A stretch of 41,753 nucleotides of DNA, taken from Jimgerdemannia flammicorona (Eukaryota). The position numbers and the translations under genes are program-made. The stretch covers positions 1-41,753 of the forward strand of contig RBNJ01000098.1 of the NCBI GenBank assembly GCA_003990765.1, given 5' to 3'. The notes below the pieces were generated by a model. It saw only the letters and a program-made list of their open reading frames with translations. It was not told where the DNA came from and searched no databases. Positions 33,283 through 41,753 of the stretch are shown here, piece by piece. Each line of letters starts with the position of its first letter. Position 1 is the first letter of the stretch.

Positions 33283-36200
33283 TCAGGTGACACAAGACTC
33301 AGACAATACTTTTGACAATGTTTTTGATAAAAGGTGACTAATAACATAGATGGCAATAATCATACTAATGAGCATATAGACCAGGGGGGCAGCAGTGCCT
33401 TTGACTGGCAACATGTAGGAAGGAGGAGCAGTGATGGTTTGGGAATGCCAGGGCCTTCTTTGGTGGGATGTGACACTGGTAGTAGAGGAAGAGGCAGATT
33501 GAGACAATAAGGAGAGAAGTGAACAACCTTTGCTGACAAGGTCAAGATGGGGAGAATGATGTCTGGGCTGGATAGTTGGCTGGGCCTGGGGAAGTCTTTG
33601 ACAGCTACTGCTGGGGGATGGGCAGGGGCCCTGTTGGGAGGGTCAGGCAGTAGAGGAGAGGGGGGAGTAGGGGCTGAAGATGTGACAGCTAATAGAGCTG
33701 TGACTGGGAATCTGGAAAAAAATCCAGATGTGATAGTGGTTGGTAGTTCAGGACAGGAGAGGAGCATGAGGCCCAGAGACCTGGCGGATGGTGTGATGGG
33801 CTTGGTAGTGGCACTATTACTCAAGAAATCAAGGTCAGAATTTGCCATCATGTTGTATTCCTGGGGCTTGGCAGTGACTGCAAGGATGATCTTGGGGCTG
33901 GTGGTGCAGGAGGCAAAGGGGGCAGCATCAGTGAAGTTCTTGAAGAGGAAGGAAGGGATTGAGGTTGGGTTTGAGGAAGTGGAGTCACTGTTGGCAGCTA
34001 TGGAGAAGAGGGTAATAATGGGAGGAGTAGTGATCTCTATGGTCAGATATATATACTGGGACCCCCAGGTGGTGCAGTTGACAGTACTGGATCTTTCTAC
34101 AGTGTTGAGGGAGAGGGCCAGAGAGTTGATTGTGGAAGTAGTCAAGGAGTATGAGGAAATAGTGGATATCAGATTCAGAGTCTGGGAGGGTACTGAGCTC
34201 TGAACTGGAGATATTGATATCTGGATGAGGCTGGCAGGAAAGGAGAACATAGGGAAGATGAGGGACTGGCTGGCAGCTCTCAAGTGGGGTCAGGTGGAGT
34301 GCAAGGTCTCATGGGTGAAAGGGATGCAAGAAGAGAAGAAGGATTTGCTGAAGGCTCTAGAGGATCTGGCAGGAGTAGTTGAGAGGAGGAGATTGGTGTG
34401 AAAGGAGTATGAAGCCAAGACAGTAGTGGAAGTGATGGATGGCAAGAGGATCAGGATAGACCAGGCAACCTGGGAGAAGAGGCAGGGGAGGCAAATCCAG
34501 AAGGAGCTGCTGGAGAAGTTGGGTGATAGTGGGACTAGCAGTGGTATAGAAGATGGTGGTGCAGGACTGTGAGAGAGTGCCAGGGCTGGGGAGTACAGGA
34601 CAACCCAAGACAGGGCTCAGGGGGGACCAAGTAAGGAGGGACAGGGGGGCTTGGAGGCAGATGCAGAAATGAGCAAAGGAGTACAACCTCAGTATAGCAT
34701 CCCAGGGGGGGCTGGGGTGAGGAGGAATTGCTAGATGTGCCTGAGGAGGAGTGGGATGAATTAGTAAGGAGGAGCACTCTGGTGGACCCAGTGATGGGGG
34801 TTGAGAGGATCACCCAGAGGGCTGCTGAGGTGGTAGATGAAGAGAAGTGGCTGTAGAGGATGCTGGAGGGGGTGGCAGTAGAGTAATTAAAGAGAGAGGA
34901 CTTCTGGGTTATGGAAGATAGGTATTGGGAGGAAATTCTTCATGGTGAGGAGGTACTGAGGAAGGTTAGGAATAAGATTCTGGCAGTACTCTTGGAATCA
35001 GTTGAGTATCAAGTGGACGATCAGTGGGAGGAGGAACTTCAGGGGGTTATGAATGACTGAGCAGTATACTTGTGAAATTCAAGAAAGGGCTTGGAGAAGT
35101 GGAGAGTAGTCTGTGCAGATTATCAGGTGGATATGGAGGTGGTGAATGGGGTGGAATGTCAGGAGATCTTGGAGGCATTGGATGTATAGACTGTAGAGAA
35201 AGGTGACCTGAAGGCAGAGCAGCAATTGAATCTGGCTGGGGATGAGACAAGCATAGAATACTAGGCTGGGTTCTCAAATTCAAACATTATTCAATATGAA
35301 CAGTACAACTAGAATATTTTCTTTGAATATGAATGAGTTGAGGGGGGCAGCTTGGCAACAGTTCATATTTGGTTGGCTTAAGGAATTGGATGCAGATCTC
35401 TTCATACTACAGGATGTATATTATGAGGCAGATGTGGACTTCCACAATTGGACTAGGGAGTGGGAGGGGGCAGTTTGTGGTTTGGGTGGGTGGGTATCCT
35501 AGTTTGAAAGGGGATGGGGGACATTGGAGATATTGGACATTAGGGGAATCAGTTAGTATAGAGAGTGTAGAAGAGGCCTGGATGAAGCCCTTTAATGGTT
35601 GGATCATGTTATTGCCCAGCAGAGAGGGGGGAGTGGGTAGACTGGATCAGAAATCTGTAAGAGGCTGGTGTCATGGGGGAAGCTGAGATCAACTGCCTGG
35701 GGGGGGATTTCAATATGGTAAGGGATAATGTGGTGGACAGGACCAATGGTGGGAGAGGAATGAGGGGCAAAAGTGGTGGATTGGATGATTGGATGGGGAT
35801 GGAGAGGTTGAGTTTTTTGATGGATTTGGGGAGACAGTTCTGGGAAGATTGTCAAATTTACACTCACTGGGTGATAGGGCTGAGTTCCAGAATCAACTGG
35901 ATGCTGACAGCAGAGTGCTGGGGAGTAGATATCTGGGCCACACTGGAGGTGGTTTGGTGTCCATGGTCTGATCACTGGGGTCTGCTGGGGGGGGGGAGGT
36001 TTGGGGGAAGTGGGGATGGGCCTGGACATTGGAGACTGAATTTCTCTTTGTTGGAGGATGGGGATTTATAGATTGGCTGAGAGGTGGAGGTTATTGGAAA
36101 AATCAGTCAGTGGCAGGAGTGAGGCCTGGCAATTGGAGATCATTGGAGGAGGCTGAAATTGAGTGCTTAGGGATATTGGAGGGAGGCAGGGAAAGGAAGG

Positions 36201-37411
36201 AGTATACAGTAGTGGCAGAGAGTGCATTGGGCCTCACAGCAGCTGGCAGTGCTTCTGGGGAGATGGGCAGGAGTGCTAGAAGATAGGGAGGTGGCAGATT
36301 GGTATATTGTGTGAATCCAAAAGGAAGTTGAGGAGCTTAAGGAGGTGTTATGATGGAAGAAAGAGGTTAAATTGAAGGGAATAATAGTAATGTTGAGGTG
36401 GCAAGGGTTGGAGGAGGGCAAAAGACCCAAAAGGTTTTTATCGAGGATGTTACAAGTGTGGAGAACTAAACAGCAGTAGGATGGTCTCTTGGACAAGAAT
36501 GGGGAGATGGTGGTGGGGACTCCAGCAATTCTGGGATTGCTTAGGTCCTGCTGGGAGGACCTATAGAGTGAGGATAATGGGGGTGGAGATACCTTGAACA
36601 TTGAACAGCAGTTGGAGGGTTGGCATCTAAACCCAGTGATGGCTCTAGGGGCTCTGGGGGACCTGGTGAGAGGGGAGGAAGTCTGCAAGATCCTGGCTTC
36701 AACAAGCAAGGGGACAGTCCTGGGAGAGGATAGACTTCCCTGGGATTTTTGGAAAAAGATGGCTGGGGTGGAGGTAGTGTTGGAGGAGTTGATATTGATG
36801 TATGATGAGGTTCTTTGGTCTGAAACTTGGATTGGAGGCCAGCACCTAGGGCTAGTCTCCTTGCTATATAAAGATAAGAGGAGAAGGGAAGATTGGAAGA
36901 ACTGGCATCTAATCATGCTCCTTGACATGGACCACAAGCTGGTAACAAAGGTCTTGGTGACTAGGTTGCAGGAGATCACTCAGTAAGTACTGAGAGTCAA
37001 TCAAAGAGGATTTGTTGATAGTCAGTTAATCTGAGATGGGACAGCCTAGGTCCATGGAGTGATTGAAGGGGCTCAGGCTACCAGGGTTGATGGTCAATTA
37101 GTGTTTCTGGATCAGGAGAAGGCATATGATAGAGTGAGGAGAATCTGGCTAGAGGGAGTGCTGAAGCAGGTAGGTGTTCCACTAGGGTTCAGGAGATCAT
37201 TAATCAGTCTTTTAGAAGACAGTCAGGCAGTATTGGTAGTTAATAGATACAGGAGTACAATCTTCCCTCTGGGTCATAGGGTGCTGCAGAGAGATCCTTT
37301 GTCACCCATCCTATATGCCCTTTTCTTAGAGCCCCTATTGGACAGGATCAGGCATCAAATTGGGGGTTTGGACATTCTGGGGATTAATTGGAAGGTTGGG
37401 GCCTTTGCAGA
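33283..37411 (+). mobile_element. Degenerate non-LTR retrotransposon (LINE, L1/Tx1-like): ORF1 plus APE endonuclease and reverse transcriptase, 3'-truncated
   Basis: ORF2 from 35296. APE motifs IFSLNMNELRG, LFILQD, LGGDFN, SRINW, SDH. RT motifs NWHLIMLLDMDHKLVTKVL, NQRGF, FLDQEKAYDRV, VLQRDPLSPILY, AFAD. ORF1 remnant ~33368-35290 has a CIDC knuckle-like relic near 35180. Many stops. Confidence 0.93.
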
Positions 37412-37688
37412 CATCATGAAACTAGAATTGCAATTCTGAGGTGTTCTAGAACAAATTTAGCAGTATAGATACACCATTCTAGTTACTAGGGGACATTATT
37501 CTGCAATAGATGAAAATTATCCAAATCATTGCTAAAATATCTGGATATGCACATCACGAAACTAGAATCACAGTTCTGAGGTGTTCCAGAACAAATTTAG
37601 CAGTATAGATACACTATTCTAGTTACTAGGGGACATTGTTCTGGAATAGATGAAAATTACCCACTCATTGCTAAAATATCTGGAAATA
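37412..37688. repeat. ~140-bp tandem duplication at the LINE truncation point; possible end of a second inserted element
   Basis: CATCA(T/C)GAAACTAGAAT...TTCTGAGGTGTTC.AGAACAAATTTAGCAGTATAGATACAC...CATTGCTAAAATATCTGGA occurs at 37412 and 37552. Confidence 0.85.
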
Positions 37689-37989
37689 TTTTGATGCATT
37701 CTAGTCAATATCTGGATCTGTGCAAAAATATTTTGCTTTGGTTTTCGAACTGTCCTAGAACTCTCAAAATTACACCCAGATATGCCTCTAGTTTCTGAAC
37801 AATCCTATCCAGATGCTTCATATATATATATTTATATTACAATTGTATGAAATAAGAATGCAGCAGATGATAGACCACAGGATATAAGGTTATGATGATG
37901 ATTACTTCACCTGCAAGACAATAATAGACTGCAAAATGATGATAATGGACTTAAAAATGATAATAGACTGCAAGACAAAGATATTACAA

Positions 37990-38225
37990 GATGATGGAGT
38001 GCGAGATAACAGACAGCGAGATGATGGATGGTGAGATGATGGATGGCAAGATGAGGGATGGCGAGATGATGGACAGCGAGATGACAGATGACGAGATGAT
38101 GGACGGCAAGATGGCGGACAGCGAGATGACGGACAGCGAGATGACAGATGGCAAGATGATGGACGGCGAGATGACGGGCGGCAAGATGACGGATGGCGAG
38201 ATGACGGATGGCGAGATGACAGAAG
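37990..38225. repeat. 15-nt minisatellite GAGATGACGGACGGC, about 15 copies
   Basis: Directly visible; most variants are CpG transitions (ACGG to ATGG or ACAG). Confidence 0.9.
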
Positions 38226-38274
38226 GGTGACCAGGTGGCATGAAACCAATATGTACCATATTAGATGCTGGGTC

Positions 38275-38795
38275 ATGACAGGAAGCTGGAATATGGTGAG
38301 CAGTCCAAAGATGAGAAGTCAAAATACCATAGGTTGTCAGAGGACAGGATGCCGGAATATGGTGGGTCGTCAGAATACAGTGAGTTGTCAGAATACAGTG
38401 GGTCATTGAAAGATGGGAAGCTGGAATATTGTGAGTCATTGAAAGGGGAAGTCGGAATATGGTGGATCGTCAGAAGATGGGAAGCTGGAATACGGTGGGT
38501 CATTGGAATATAGTGGGTCATTGGAATATAGTGGGTCATTAGAATATGGTGGATCATCGGAATATGGTGGGTCATTGGAATATGGTGGGTCATCGGAATA
38601 CAGTGGGATGGGAATACGATGAGTCACAAAGTTGGAATACGGTGGGTCATCAGAGTTTGTTAGGTAGCTGGAATATGGTGGTTGTTGGGAAGCCAGAATA
38701 TGGTGGATACAGTGGATCGTCGGAATACGGTAGGTCTTCAGAATACAGTAGGTCTTCAGAATATGGTAGGTTGTCAGAAAATGGTGGGTCTTTGG
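38275..38795. repeat. 18-nt minisatellite GGAATATGGTGGGTCATC with longer GGAAGCT-containing variants
   Basis: More than 20 GAATA(C/T)(G/A)GT motifs; reads YSDDPP/YSNDPL on the - strand. Confidence 0.88.
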
Positions 38796-38866
38796 TCAGT
38801 GGTGCAGGGGCCTATTAATATAGGGTATAATGGCAGTGTCAGAGAGAGAGACAGCATCGTTCAGTG

Positions 38867-39397
38867 AGTCACAGAGACATTCGCCGACCAGATAATAAAA
38901 TAAATAAATAGAATGGTCATAAGGCTTCAGTCACAGAGACATTTGCCGACCAGATAATGAAATAAAATAAAATAAATATGTAGAATGGTCATAAGGCTTC
39001 AGTCACAGAGACATTCGCCAACCAGATAATAAAATAAAATAAAATAAATATGTAGAATGGTCATAAGGCTTCAGTCAGAGAGACATTCGCCGACCAGATA
39101 ATAAAATAAAATAAAATAAATACGTAGAGTGGTCATAAGGCTTCAGTCACAGAGACATTCGCCGACCAGATAATGAAATAAAATAAAATAAATATGTAGA
39201 ATGGTCATAAGACTTCAGTCACAGAGACATTCGCCGACCAGATAATATAATAAAATAAAATAAATAGAATGGTCATAAGGCTTCAGTTACAGAGACATTC
39301 ACCGACCAGATAATAAATAAATAGAATGGTCATAAGGCTTCTGTATCGCTGACCAGATAATAAATGAAATAAATAAGGCTTCAGTCACAGAGACATT
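38867..39397. repeat. 60-73-nt satellite, 7 full plus 2 partial copies, with a variable (AAAAT)n core
   Basis: CAGTCACAGAGACATTCGCCGACCAGATAAT-(AAAAT)n-AGAATGGTCATAAGGCTT repeated head to tail. Confidence 0.95.
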
Positions 39398-39416
39398 TAA
39401 ATAGAAATATTCTCAC

Positions 39417-40555
39417 TTGGTTTCTGAGCACATCCATCTTCTGCCTGGTTGCTGTAGATAATGTGGCAATGAATGGGTATGATCTCAATGTATGCGATAC
39501 TTGTTTCATAATGTGGGACAGATATCAACGGTCAACCTACCAAGGATTACAAAAGCATAATCAATGACACTAACTGGCTTGCCACGGTCCTCAAACAGCC
39601 ATCTTTGCATGCCTACCCAGAGCATCAGGTCAAGGTCCTTGTAGGCAGAGACGCGAACATATCGTCGAGGAGCTGGATGCCCTCAAGACTCAGGTCTTCA
39701 ACTCTGACGAGTAGTGCAGTGTTGTGGTGTTTTTTCAGGGCACGGAATATGCCACAGTTCCAAGACCTACCTGATCCCTTCCAATTGCAGGGCTGATGAT
39801 CCGCTGGCTACCCAGGTTCTCTGGAGAGCAGCAATGGTGAGGTATACTGCTCCAATATATCACCTCCAATACCAAAATGCTGACTAAAGACAGTTACGTC
39901 GAAAGCTTGGTCAGCGGCATAGACAGGGGCTTGTTAATGTGGATTTGGGGGGAGGATGTATATAAGATGAGTAGGGAGGGAGGGAGGGAGGGTGGGAGGG
40001 AGATAGAGTATATGTGAATACATGAGCGTATGTGGGGGCAAGAGCATAAGAGTAGCATAGTGATAGAAGATGTCCAACAACTCCATTTAATTCTGTCTGC
40101 TCAGTCCCTTTCCTCTATATTTTCATCCCATTCTATACTCGTGCTCCACCCCCCTTTCCCAAAAAAGAAAAAAAGACTCCACCTACTGAATGCTCTGGAT
40201 CGTGACAATATTCTCCTTTAAGTATCAGCAGATAAAATGCGATCTCGGCATCAAAGTCCACCAAATTACTTCCACCAGTTTTCAGAGGAATGGGAGCAAC
40301 ATTAATTTCGTCATCGTGTACAACAGCGACAACAGTATCGAATTCGACACCACCTTTCACAATTGTGAAGGCACTGTACGTCTTTTTCATATTCTTTACC
40401 AAGCAGTGTGATATTCTAGCCAGGACCTAGAGTTGCTTCACCATCGCCAGGGAGTTTTCGCAGGACACCGCTGATGTAGCAAGTGTTCAGGAGCAGCAAA
40501 ACCTGACCTTCGATCGTCCGCAGCTTGTCATATAGCAGATCCCCATTGATGGCGC
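39417..40555 (-). pseudogene. Decayed multi-exon gene fragment of unknown function
   Basis: Exon-like segment 40555-40187 (TAG acceptor, GTAGGT donor) reads GAINGDLLYDKLRTIEGQVLLLLNTCYISGVLRKL...GGVEFDTVVAVVHDDEINV. A further stop-interrupted frame ~39930-39417 ends at a GTGAGA donor. Confidence 0.4.
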
Positions 40556-40937
40556 CTACCAGGGAAACATAGTTATGTCATTGAGAATTGAGTCTGATGA
40601 CGACGACTAAGTACAGAATGGCGATGATATAAGTGGCGTCTAGCCACCACAAAAATATTTCCCAAGATGCAAAGACACTAACCAAAATTCTAGCAGTTTG
40701 TTATTGCAAAGTTGCAATAGAGTGCAGTGTAGGGGGGGGGGTAGGGGAAGATTGCTTGAGTTTGTCATTACCTTCGGGGGGCTTGGGCAGGCTCAGCGAT
40801 GGTGACTTCACCCAGGATGGCTATTTGAAAATGTCATCCATGTTATCATTTAGCATAAGTGACATATATACAAATTTGAACCAAAATACATATTCATACT
40901 ATGAAATTAATGCCATGCTACATTCGAAGAGAAAAAT

Positions 40938-41045
40938 CTGCATACTGCAATCCACATCTCGCAATCCATCTGCATACTGCAATCCACATCTCGCAATCCA
41001 TTTCCCGCAATCCACATACTACAATTCATACTGCAATCTGCATAC
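40938..41045. repeat. Short ~31-nt tandem repeat (TCTGCATACTGCAATCCACATCTCGCAATCC)
   Basis: Two near-perfect copies plus degenerate CATAC..CAATC units. Confidence 0.7.
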
Positions 41046-41178
41046 TTAATTGAAAGCAAAGCCATATATTGAATTGAAGCCAAAGCTGCATGATAATAAA
41101 AGAAGAAGTAGTATACTGATATTAAATTAAAGAGCTGCTAATGTTTTGACTAAAAAACACAAAAGTTACATACCTTTT

Positions 41179-41753
41179 TCACATCCAAGCATTTAGTGTA
41201 TCTTCAACGTCACTCACCGATCCAGAACCAGATCCCTCACCATCCATATCTCCAGTGGTACATACAGCATATACTTCCTTTTGAAGTCAATCTAGTTCCA
41301 ATTTAACCTGACCACGTTTTTCCAACCTTTTAATCCACATTCTGTAATTCTTTCCATCTGTCTTTTCATTCAACTTTGAGTCAATCTGCGATGTGAGATA
41401 TTCCAACTGACAAAAGAAGAGACAAAGATCTGATGAGCTTGAATATTTAGAGAGATGTCATTTTACAGATCAAAGTTTGAGATATATTTACCAAAGTTAG
41501 AACAAATGCAAGCTGTGGAATCATTATCTCCTGAACAGACACATTCTTCCACCATGCTTGATGTGGATCATACCAGAGATACTTGAAAACATTTATAATA
41601 TATTCAGAGTGGTATGGATCACGAGAAGGTTGAATCATTTTTTTTTTGCCATCTTCATCATGCTGAATCTCTCCATTATCATCAAGTGCATACTCCGGTG
41701 CTCGATAAATGAATCTTGGTGACGTGCCCTCTGACAGTGGCTTCAAAAGATCC
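41179..41753 (-). pseudogene. 3' end of a spliced gene entering from the right edge; resembles fungal DUF6532-like proteins
   Basis: RFIY...DPYHSEYIINVFKYLWY...IMIPQLAFVLTL joined by an 85-nt GT-AG intron (41491-41407) to LEYLTSQIDSKLNEKTDGKNYRMWIKRLENV, then an acidic Gly/Ser tail after a frameshift. The family call is from remembered motif pattern only. Confidence 0.4.

Noticed and set aside
33360-36979. Long minus-strand ORFs (307, 270 and 141 aa)
   Set aside because: Antisense shadows of the G-rich LINE.
37902-38867. Repeat-peptide ORFs (SSRHP, EMTDG, YSDDPP)
   Set aside because: Open in several frames on both strands because of the minisatellites; no evidence of coding.
38867-39397. 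CRISPR-like repeat/spacer appearance
   Set aside because: The spacers are only (AAAAT)n length variants, not unique sequences; no cas genes; eukaryotic context.

Overview
Eukaryotic, almost certainly fungal, DNA: short GT-AG introns of about 75-160 nt with CTRAY branch points. The intron style, kinase and TPR-SET debris and CpG-wiped transposon are compatible with an early-diverging fungus such as Mucoromycota, but this is a weak inference. Most ORF-track entries are shadow frames. The window is an accessory region of decaying genes. It holds a hidden 5-exon gene running into a His-rich minisatellite, a tRNA-like remnant, three protein-kinase N-lobe fragments (all with Q where the beta3 Lys is expected), a TPR-SET pseudogene, a CpG-depleted L1/Tx1-like LINE cut at its RT catalytic motif, and a repeat-rich right end that is probably another transposon. 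The main unexplained structure is four unrelated tandem arrays whose repeat unit is a complete exon plus intron with splice signals: about 9-10 x ~190 bp, about 20 x 260-330 bp, about 10 x ~300 bp and 2-3 x 272 bp. Two of these flank a kinase fragment in one ~9 kb minus-strand locus. In the largest array the measured exons are all 3n+1 nt and many acceptors overlap a donor-like AG|GCAAGT or AG|GTAAGT. This suggests mutually exclusive or recursive splicing, frame-cycling, or non-coding exons. All coordinates and counts were read by eye.
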